64,000 bases of DNA from Hyalangium minutum (GTDB taxonomy: Bacteria > Myxococcota > Myxococcia > Myxococcales > Myxococcaceae): NCBI RefSeq assembly GCF_000737315.1, contig NZ_JMCB01000003.1, positions 1,116,001-1,180,000 of the forward strand, read 5' to 3'. The notes below the pieces were generated by a model. The model saw nothing but the letters and a program-made list of their open reading frames with translations. It made no database searches and was not told where the DNA came from. The translations under genes were made by a program, and so were the position numbers. The first letter of the stretch is position 1. The number at the start of each line of letters is the position of its first letter. Positions 1 to 8,618 of this stretch are shown piece after piece.

Positions 1-98
1 GTCGTGGTGCGAATGCTCACACCATTGCCGGTCTCCATGACGATTTCCAGACCAGAGTCCTTGAGCAACTTTTCGATGATGTAATCAATTCTGGCCAT
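1..98 (-). CDS. 5' end of a probable PilT/PilU-family type IV pilus ATPase (runs off the window)
   Basis: ATG at 98-96 reads MARIDYIIEKLLKDSGLEIVMETGNGVSIRTT, resembling the PilT-type N-terminus (MARID..). It lies 4 nt after the stop of the upstream gene. Only 32 codons are visible. Confidence 0.5.
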   Translation of the reverse strand, partial: MARIDYIIEKLLKDSGLEIVMETGNGVSIRTT

Positions 99-102
99 GA
101 TC

Positions 103-573
103 TCAGCGGGCGAGGGGTTCCACGTATGCGACGTGACGCTTATTGACGAGCGCTACGCGCTTGTCCTGGATGAGGCGGATGAACTGGGGGGCATCGTTGA
201 GGAAGTCATTGAGCCGGGTGCGGCCCTCGGGCTGCATATAGACGATGAGCCCCTGCAGCCGCTGTCCATCCACCAGCCGGATCTCTACCTCATGCTCGGT
301 CATGATGGTGAGCCTGTCCTCCTCGCGGAGCTCGTGCTCGACGTCGGTCCGGGCTACCGCGATGGCGACGCTGTTGAGGAAGGTGACCCTCCCCGTTGCC
401 ACGTCCTGAGCGGGAATGAACCGCGACTCGCTGTTGAGCAGATCCGACAGCCGCTCGGTCTCGCTGTAGTGCGGGACCCCCGTCGTGAGGAAGACTGACA
501 CTTCTCGCGCCTCACCGCCCGGGAGGATCACCTGGGCGATGATGGGCTGCTTGGGAACTCGAAATTCTTCCAA
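103..573 (-). CDS. Hypothetical protein with two tandem copies of a small beta-rich domain (DUF6812-like)
   Basis: TTG start at 573 with GAGGAGG RBS 8 nt upstream. Two similar halves: ERLSDLLNSESRFIP..FLNSVAIAVA and TRLNDFLNDAPQFIR..LVNKRHVAYVE. Confidence 0.65.
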   Translation of the reverse strand: MEEFRVPKQPIIAQVILPGGEAREVSVFLTTGVPHYSETERLSDLLNSESRFIPAQDVATGRVTFLNSVAIAVARTDVEHELREEDRLTIMTEHEVEIRLVDGQRLQGLIVYMQPEGRTRLNDFLNDAPQFIRLIQDKRVALVNKRHVAYVEPLAR

Positions 574-780
574 GGAAACTGCCTCCTCACACTGGGCCTC
601 ACCCACTGCTCGGGTGAATGGCCGTAGGTCCCGCGCCACGTAGCGCCAGAATCCGGAGCGAATCCTATCGATTGCTTGCCAACCCGCAAGGCCACGAGCG
701 CTCAGCCCCTTCACCCCATGGCCCCCGGCAGGTACTTTTGGGCAGATCGGCCGGGTCCCACGATGCCGTGAGGCATGGCC

Positions 781-1380
781 TCAGCCGTTCCAGCTGTCAG
801 GGCTGCCCTGGACGACCTTGGTATCCGCCAGCATGTCGTGGATGCAGCGCCGCTCGTCACCGAAGATCATCAGCGCATCGATGAGGCCGAAGATCCCGCA
901 GAAGCTGCCGATGACCGCAGGGATGCCGTTGCGCAGCAGCAGGATCCGGCCCAGGGAGGCCGGGCTCCCATCGGTGCGGACCACTCGGATGTTTCGCATG
1001 CGCTTGCCGATGCTCTGGCCACGCTGGGCCAGCGTGATCTGATAGCCGAGCACCCCCAGGGTCCCGAGTGCCCCCAGAAGGAAGGCGAAGCCCCCAGAGC
1101 CCCCATTGCGCACGAGGATGGCCCCGAGAATTCCCGCCCCCAGGAACGGAAGAACGAGGATGAAACTGTCCACCAGGTTGGCCACGAAGCGATCCCCCCG
1201 CTCCGCGAGATTCGGCGTGCGCTGGTCGCACACAGAGCAGTAGTCCTGGCCATCCGCGCCCACGCGATAGCAGGTTCTACAGGTATAGCTTCCGCAGCGG
1301 GTGCAGGTGGCGAGAGCCGGAAAGGAGGGATGACGCGCACAGAGCGCGCCCAGGGGGCTATAGGAACCAGGGGCTTCCAT
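781..1380 (-). CDS. RDD-family membrane protein with N-terminal Cys/His zinc-finger
   Basis: CARHP..CTRCGSYTCRTC..CSVC cluster, then RFVANLVD, TM segments, GQSIGKRMRNIRVV and RCIHDMLADTKVV (RDD signature). Start set at MEAPG. Confidence 0.85.
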   Translation of the reverse strand: MEAPGSYSPLGALCARHPSFPALATCTRCGSYTCRTCYRVGADGQDYCSVCDQRTPNLAERGDRFVANLVDSFILVLPFLGAGILGAILVRNGGSGGFAFLLGALGTLGVLGYQITLAQRGQSIGKRMRNIRVVRTDGSPASLGRILLLRNGIPAVIGSFCGIFGLIDALMIFGDERRCIHDMLADTKVVQGSPDSWNG

Positions 1381-1460
1381 TGCCGACACTTCACCAGGAA
1401 AGGAAGCCAGCTCACAAGAGCCCCAGGGAGTACGGCCATAGGGACGGAGGCTCGCGCGAC

Positions 1461-2294
1461 TCAAAACCCCGTCGAGAGCGCGAGCTGCTCAGTTCGGTCC
1501 ACGTCCTCCTTCACCCGCGCGAGCTTCTCGCGGATTGCGGCGGGCGCATCGGGTCCCAGGGGGAGGCGCAATGTCGAGGTACTCGCGGCCACCGCATCCA
1601 CGATGGCCTTCGCGGCCTTCGCAGGATCCCCCGGCTGCTGGCCGTCGGACTGCTTCGCGTAGGCGCGCATCGGTCCAACCATCGCGGCGTACCCTTCTAT
1701 CTCCGGCATCAGCCGGAACGAAGGCCCCAGGAGCTTCGTGCGGAACATGCCCGGCTCGACGATGAGCACCCTCACGCCATGGGGCTCGACCTCTTTCGCG
1801 AGCGACTCGGACAACCCCTCCAGGGCGTGCTTGGCCGCGCTGTACGCTCCCACGCCCGGGTATGTCACGAGCCCAGCCACGCTCGACACCTGGACGATGG
1901 TCCCCGAGCGACGCTCCCGCATCAGGGGAAGCACCGCGCGCGTCACTGCCACCGCCCCGAAGAACAGCGCCTCGAACGCCGCCCTGAGTTCCTCGTCGCT
2001 CGTCTCCTCCACGGCGCCCACCACGCTGTAGCCCGCGTTGTTCACCAGAACGTCGATGCCACCGAAGCGCTCCACCGCTGACGAGATGGCGTCGCGAATC
2101 TCCTCGGGTTTCGTGACATCGAGGCGGACCGCGAGGACGCGCTCCGGTGCTCGCGCCACCAAGTCCTCCAGCGAGCGTGGATTCCGGGCCGTCGCGACGA
2201 CGCACCCTCCCCGCTCGATGACTTCCTCCACGATGCAGCGGCCGAACCCCGACGACGAACCCGTGACGAACCAGACCTTGCCCTGTGTGTCCAT
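1461..2294 (-). CDS. Short-chain dehydrogenase/reductase
   Basis: TGSSSGFG, NNAG and YSAAK motifs. RBS precedes MDTQGK. Confidence 0.95.
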   Translation of the reverse strand: MDTQGKVWFVTGSSSGFGRCIVEEVIERGGCVVATARNPRSLEDLVARAPERVLAVRLDVTKPEEIRDAISSAVERFGGIDVLVNNAGYSVVGAVEETSDEELRAAFEALFFGAVAVTRAVLPLMRERRSGTIVQVSSVAGLVTYPGVGAYSAAKHALEGLSESLAKEVEPHGVRVLIVEPGMFRTKLLGPSFRLMPEIEGYAAMVGPMRAYAKQSDGQQPGDPAKAAKAIVDAVAASTSTLRLPLGPDAPAAIREKLARVKEDVDRTEQLALSTGF

Positions 2295-2381
2295 GACAGC
2301 CTCCCTGGAACAAGAACTACAGAGGCCCCGTTCGCTCCGAAACACGTCGTCTCTGAATGCGCTTTGTAGTTACGCTAAGCA

Positions 2382-3296
2382 ATGCACGACGACCTCTCCG
2401 GCCTCACGGCGTTCCTCACCGTGGCGCGCAAGCGAAGCTTCACCGCCGCGGCGACGGAGCTCCGGGTGACCCCTTCCGCGGTGAGCCAGACGCTTCAGGC
2501 ACTCGAGAAGCGCGTGGGCGTGCGCCTCTTCCAGCGCACCACGCGCAGTGTTGGGCTCACCGAGGCGGGCAGGCAGTTCCTCGCACGGCTCGAGCCCGCG
2601 ATGAAGGGGGTGCAGGAGGCGTTCGAATCCCTGGGAGAGCTGCGCGACCGTCCCGCGGGACTGCTGCGTCTGACGCTGCCGCGCTACGGCTACCAAGAGG
2701 TTCTCGGCCCCCACCTGGCCGCGTTCCTCGCGGCCCATCCCGATATCCAGGTGGACATCCAGCTCGACGACGCGCTGGTCGACATCGTCAAGCAGGGCTT
2801 CGACGCGGGCATCCGCATTGGCGAGCGGATGGAGCGGGAGATGATCGCCATCCCGGTGAGCGACGACATCCCCATGACCGTGGTGGGCGCCCCTTCTTAC
2901 TTCGCGACACGCGGCACGCCGAAGCACCCCCGCGACCTGCGCCATCACGACTGCATCAACTACCGCAGCAGGACGACCGGGGGCCTCTACCGTTGGGACT
3001 TAACGGACGGTGGAAGACGCATCGAGGTCGCGGTCGAGGGCCGCGTGGTCCTCGATGATGCGGAGCTGTGGGTGGACACTGCGGTGTCCGGACTGGGGCT
3101 CGCCTTCGTCCCGGAAAATCGCGTGCGGAAGTTGCTGGCCGAGAAGCGCCTTGTGCGCGTGCTCGAGCCCTACTGCCCCACCCTGCCCGGCTTCTTCCTC
3201 TATTACCCGAGCCGGACGCACGTGGCGCCCAAGCTCAAGGCGCTCATCGACTTCCTCAAGGTGAGCCGCCAGAGCCACCGCGATCCATCGCGATGA
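2382..3296 (+). CDS. LysR-family transcriptional regulator, divergent from the SDR gene
   Basis: N-terminal HTH (SFTAAATEL..PSAVSQ..LEKRVGVRLFQRTTRSV) and LysR substrate-binding domain. Confidence 0.95.
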   Translation: MHDDLSGLTAFLTVARKRSFTAAATELRVTPSAVSQTLQALEKRVGVRLFQRTTRSVGLTEAGRQFLARLEPAMKGVQEAFESLGELRDRPAGLLRLTLPRYGYQEVLGPHLAAFLAAHPDIQVDIQLDDALVDIVKQGFDAGIRIGERMEREMIAIPVSDDIPMTVVGAPSYFATRGTPKHPRDLRHHDCINYRSRTTGGLYRWDLTDGGRRIEVAVEGRVVLDDAELWVDTAVSGLGLAFVPENRVRKLLAEKRLVRVLEPYCPTLPGFFLYYPSRTHVAPKLKALIDFLKVSRQSHRDPSR

Positions 3297-3660
3297 ACTC
3301 AAGCCCCAAGGCTGTCGCGATGGGAGGCAGCAGCAAGGCCGGGGCATAGATGGCCGTGTGCCATTTGCAAACGGCGACCATCGCGAAAGCACCTATCAGC
3401 GTCCAAGCGCCTCCCCCCCACGCCCCCCCACGCCCCCCTTGCATCCGATGGACTGCCAGAGCCATCAGCCATACACACACAAAGAATCCCAGGACCGTCG
3501 CCACCGTCGTGAGGTTCCCGATGCGCAGGAAATCTCCCGACGCGCCCCAGGGGTGTGCACGCTGCTTATCCAGGGACGATCCTCCCCAGAATCCAAGCAC
3601 GCCCCCCACCACGCCTCCGACTGTCCCCGCCGCAGATGCGGAGATGACTCGGGACAGCAT
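3256..3660 (-). CDS. Small Gly-rich hypothetical membrane protein
   Basis: About four hydrophobic stretches. Follows the AKR gene on the same strand and overlaps the LysR 3' end by 41 nt. Confidence 0.5.
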   Translation of the reverse strand: MLSRVISASAAGTVGGVVGGVLGFWGGSSLDKQRAHPWGASGDFLRIGNLTTVATVLGFFVCVWLMALAVHRMQGGRGGAWGGGAWTLIGAFAMVAVCKWHTAIYAPALLLPPIATALGLEFIAMDRGGSGGSP

Positions 3661-3683
3661 GAAGGGGTGCTTCTGTGGCCGGT

Positions 3684-4709
<1,026 letters not shown>

Positions 4710-4853
4710 GGATCCCCTCCGTGCGGCGGCCCTTGGCGCGCCCGGCTCCAGCCTGTCCCAAGGCCGCCGGGCTCCCTCCCCCCTGTACCAGATTGTGCCG
4801 CCAAGGGGGCCATGAGCGGATCGCCGGGCTTGGGTTAGAGTTGGGCAGGCGCC

Positions 4854-5414
4854 ATGTCCATCTACCTGCTCACCCTGCCCCGTCCCTGGCCCTGGGCCGT
4901 GCTCGAGCGCGGCTGCCGCGTCCTGTTCTTCACCTCCCGGGATGAGGGCCGCCCCCAGGCCTTGCGCCCCCCTGTCGAGGCGCTGGGACGGTACGTAGCC
5001 CTCCAGACGGGCAGTGCGTGGGATGTGGAGGGCGCGGCCTTCATGGAGCGGAGACTCGGCCTGTACGTGCCGGCGGAGGATGGCCTGCCCGCCCGGAGCA
5101 TCTTCGCGGTGGCACGCCTGACCGAGGTCACCACCATCTGCAACGACTCGCGTGCGTTTGGGGGCGAGCCGTGGTGGCGCGGCACCATCGGCTGGTGGTT
5201 CGACGAAGTCCTTGCTGTCGAACCGCTGGAGTGTCCCGAGGCCACGCCCTTCTCGCCGCTGGCCGAGGACTACCGGCCCGAGCTGCGCGAGCGCTTCGCC
5301 CTGGCCCGCGACGGCATCTGGCGGCCAGAGCAGGTACGCCGTGCGGCTCCCGCGGAACCTCGTCCGGAGCCTCAGCCGCAGTCAGGCTCCGGGCAGTTCG
5401 GCTTGGGCTTCTAG
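4854..5414 (+). CDS. Probable ASCH-like (PUA-fold) protein
   Basis: LTLPRPWPWAVL resembles the ASCH N-terminal (LS/T)xxQPWAxxI strand. SIFAVARLTEV and PWWRGTIGWWFDEVLAVEP match the typical ASCH C-terminal pattern. The canonical GxKxxExR motif is not evident. Confidence 0.55.
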   Translation: MSIYLLTLPRPWPWAVLERGCRVLFFTSRDEGRPQALRPPVEALGRYVALQTGSAWDVEGAAFMERRLGLYVPAEDGLPARSIFAVARLTEVTTICNDSRAFGGEPWWRGTIGWWFDEVLAVEPLECPEATPFSPLAEDYRPELRERFALARDGIWRPEQVRRAAPAEPRPEPQPQSGSGQFGLGF

Positions 5415-5531
5415 GAAGTGTGTCCTCTGGCGCCATGGCCTGTTCGGTGGCGGAACATTCCTCGCCCTGCAGCCCTGATGCACGAGTGCCTTCAGACGCG
5501 TTAGGGCGCATCCTCTTCCCTATCCGTCCCC

Positions 5532-8500
5532 ATGCTCTCCCTCGGCTCTCCCGCGACAGCCCCCACTGGAACGGTCGCCCTCGTCTTCACGGACATCGAG
5601 GGCTCCACCCAGTTGTGGGAGCGGTGCAGCACCTCGATGCGCGAGGCGCTCGAGCTGCACGACCGAGTCATGCGAGAGCGGCTCAGACGCACCTCGGGCT
5701 ACGAAGTGAAGACCCAGGGCGACTCGTTCATGCTCGCATTCCCCTCCGTGGACGAGGCCCTGCGGTGGTGCCTCGACGTGCAGGAGACGCTGCTACACGT
5801 GCCCTGGCCCGCGGAGCTGCTGGCCCAGCCCTTGGCCTTGGAGCGAATGGGGCCTCGCGGGCTGCTGCACCGCGGCCTCCGGGTACGCATGGGCGTGCAT
5901 GTAGGCGAGCCCGAGTGCCGGCCCGACCCCCGCACCGGCCAGATGGACTACTTCGGCCCGGTGGTGAACCTGACGGCCCGTGTGGCGGAGGCGGGCCACG
6001 GCGGACAGGTGTTGCTTAGCGGAGCAGCCCTGGCGCACGTGGCGGGCACCCTGGATGCGCTGGGGAGCCCCTCGGTGCGTCCGCTGGGCGAGTTTCGGCT
6101 CAAGGGCATCACCCTGCCCGTGCCCCTGGTGGAAGTGCTGCCCTCCTCGCTGGCCGACCGCCGCTTCGCGGGTCTGCGCGTCCCCGAGGAGCGGCGCGGC
6201 AATGTGCCCACCGCCGTGGACACACTCATCGGCCGGGAGCAGGAGCTCGCGTGCTTGCGGCGCTGGTTCGAAGAGGGTGTGCACCTCATCACCCTGCTGG
6301 GCCCGGGAGGCATGGGGAAGACCCGGCTCGCCACCCACTTTGGCGCTACCCAGCTCCAGGCGCGGCGGTGGGACGGAGGCGTGTGGTGGTGCGATCTCAC
6401 CGAGGCGCGCACGGAGGAGGACATCTGCCATGCCCTGGCTCGCGCGCTCGACGTCTCGCTCACGCGGGATGGGGACGCGAGCCGCCCGGCGGAGCGGCTG
6501 GGGCGCGCCCTGGCTGGCTGCGGTGCATCGCTGGTGCTGCTGGACAATGTGGAGCAGGTCATCCACCACATGCCGCACACGCTGGGCCGCTGGCTGTCGC
6601 TCGCGCCGCACACCCGGTTCCTCGTCACCTCCCGCCACGCTCTCCAGCTTCCCGGGGAGCAGCTGCTGGACCTCGCACCGCTGGAGCTGCCCGCGGAAGG
6701 CGAGGTCCGCCTGGAGGAGCTGGCCCGGTCCGAAGCCGTGCAGCTCTTCGCCCAGCGGGCTCGCGCGGTCCGCGGGAGCTTCGAGCTGACGGAGCAGGAG
6801 GCTCCCCTGGTGGCGGACATCGTGCGGCGGCTGGACGGCATCGCGCTGGCCATTGAGCTGGCGGCCGCGCGCACCAACCTCTTGAGCATCCAGCAGCTCC
6901 GCAACCGGCTGCCGCGCCGCTTCGAGTTGTTGAGCTGCGGCCTGCGCGAGGCCTCGCACCGGCAAGCGACGCTCCGGGGTGCCATCGACTGGTCCTGGAA
7001 CCTGCTGGAGGCCTCCGAGCAAGAAGCGCTGGCCCAGTGCTCCGTGTTCCGCGGCGGCTTCACGATGGAGGCGGCCGAAGCGGTGCTCGCGCTCCCCCCG
7101 TGGGGCGGGGACATCCTGGACACCCTGCAGTCGCTCCGGTCGAAGTCGCTGTTGAAGCTGTCGGCCTCGGAGAGCACCGACGGCGAGCTGCGCCTGGGCA
7201 TGTACGAGAGCATCCGTGAGTACGCCTGCGCCCGGCTGGCTGAGACAGGAGGGAACGCATCCATCGTGGCGCGGCACGCGGAGTACTACGTCACCCGGGC
7301 GCGCGGGCTGCGCGATCAGGTCCGCGGCGGAGGCGGGCTGGAGGCACTGCGAGCGCTGGCGCTGGAGCGAGAGAACCTGCTGGCCGCCTGTGACAGCTGC
7401 CTCATGATGGTGCCGGGCACGGCCGAGTCGCTCACACGGGCGCTCCTGGGCCTGGTGGCGCTCGAGCCCGACGTGGCGGCGCGAGGGCCCGCGGGCCTGC
7501 TGCTCCCACGACTGGAGCTGGCACTAGAGCTGGCCGAGTCCGTGCCCGTCGAGCCCATGCTGCGCACCGAGGCCCTGGCGGTCCGGGGACGCGCCCACCT
7601 GGAGGCTGGACAGCTCACCTTCGCGCGGAGAGATCTGGAGGCGGCACGTGACGCCTTCCACCTCCTGGGGGCGATGGCGTGGAAGAAGGAGGCCCTGGTC
7701 GATCTCTCCATCGTGGCCCGGCACGAGGGCGACATGGACGCGGCATGGAGCCTCATCCAGGAGGCCCAGACGATCCCATCGGGGACCCGGCGGTGGCTGG
7801 AGGCCTATGCGCTGGGGAACCTGGGACTCGTGGAGCAGAGCCGTCAAGGCGCAGAGGCGGCCATTCCCCACCTGCGCGCCGCGCTGGAGCTGTTCCGGGC
7901 CGTGGGAGACACGACGTTCGAGGCCATGTTCCTGGTCAACTGCGGCCTGGCCATTGGGGAGGCCGGGCGCACCGCCGAGGCCGTGCCCTACCTGGAGGAA
8001 GGCCTGGCCAAGTCCCTGAGCGCGGGCTACCGCATGGGCCACATCGTCGCGCGGATGGACCTGGGCTGCGTCCTGCTCGGGGAAGACCGTGCCGCGGAGG
8101 CCTGCGAGCACCTGGCCGCGGCCGAGCGGATGGGCCGGCAGCTCGGCATCCGCCTCCTGGAGGGAATGACACGGGGAGAGTTGGGACGGGCCTTGCTGGC
8201 CGTGGGCACCATGGAGCCTGCGCGGGCTCAGCTCAGCGCGGCCGTGGCGGTGCTGGAGCCCGTGTCGCGCTCTCACGCCCTTCGGTTCTCCGCGTACCAC
8301 GCGGCGGCTCATGCGCTGGCGGGGGCGCTGACAGTGGCGCGCCAGGACTTCAACGAGTTGGAGGCCGCCCCGGAGCTCCGAAATGAGCCGGCCTTGCGCG
8401 CCCTCACATCCTTGCTGCGCGCCACCGTCGAGGTAGCGGAACTCCGTGCCGCGCCCCCCGGCACCGAGGAGGCATGGCAGGCGGAGCAGGCGCTTCAGCA

Positions 8501-8600
8501 GCGGCTGGAGCGGGCGCGGACTGCTCCGGCGGCGGAGACCTCGTCCGACCTGCGCGGTGCCCTCCGGCTGTTGGAGCGCTGGCGGGAGGCCCAGGCGTAG
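5532..8600 (+). CDS. Class III adenylate cyclase - STAND (NB-ARC-like) ATPase - TPR protein
   Basis: FTDIEGST, EVKTQGDSF and MDYFGPVVNLTAR (ATP-specifying K/D, catalytic N/R). Walker A GPGGMGKT, Walker B LVLLDNVE, GIALAIELAAAR, then helical TPR repeats. Confidence 0.93.
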   Translation: MLSLGSPATAPTGTVALVFTDIEGSTQLWERCSTSMREALELHDRVMRERLRRTSGYEVKTQGDSFMLAFPSVDEALRWCLDVQETLLHVPWPAELLAQPLALERMGPRGLLHRGLRVRMGVHVGEPECRPDPRTGQMDYFGPVVNLTARVAEAGHGGQVLLSGAALAHVAGTLDALGSPSVRPLGEFRLKGITLPVPLVEVLPSSLADRRFAGLRVPEERRGNVPTAVDTLIGREQELACLRRWFEEGVHLITLLGPGGMGKTRLATHFGATQLQARRWDGGVWWCDLTEARTEEDICHALARALDVSLTRDGDASRPAERLGRALAGCGASLVLLDNVEQVIHHMPHTLGRWLSLAPHTRFLVTSRHALQLPGEQLLDLAPLELPAEGEVRLEELARSEAVQLFAQRARAVRGSFELTEQEAPLVADIVRRLDGIALAIELAAARTNLLSIQQLRNRLPRRFELLSCGLREASHRQATLRGAIDWSWNLLEASEQEALAQCSVFRGGFTMEAAEAVLALPPWGGDILDTLQSLRSKSLLKLSASESTDGELRLGMYESIREYACARLAETGGNASIVARHAEYYVTRARGLRDQVRGGGGLEALRALALERENLLAACDSCLMMVPGTAESLTRALLGLVALEPDVAARGPAGLLLPRLELALELAESVPVEPMLRTEALAVRGRAHLEAGQLTFARRDLEAARDAFHLLGAMAWKKEALVDLSIVARHEGDMDAAWSLIQEAQTIPSGTRRWLEAYALGNLGLVEQSRQGAEAAIPHLRAALELFRAVGDTTFEAMFLVNCGLAIGEAGRTAEAVPYLEEGLAKSLSAGYRMGHIVARMDLGCVLLGEDRAAEACEHLAAAERMGRQLGIRLLEGMTRGELGRALLAVGTMEPARAQLSAAVAVLEPVSRSHALRFSAYHAAAHALAGALTVARQDFNELEAAPELRNEPALRALTSLLRATVEVAELRAAPPGTEEAWQAEQALQQRLERARTAPAAETSSDLRGALRLLERWREAQA

Positions 8601-8618
8601 AAGCCCCGGGCGCCGCCG

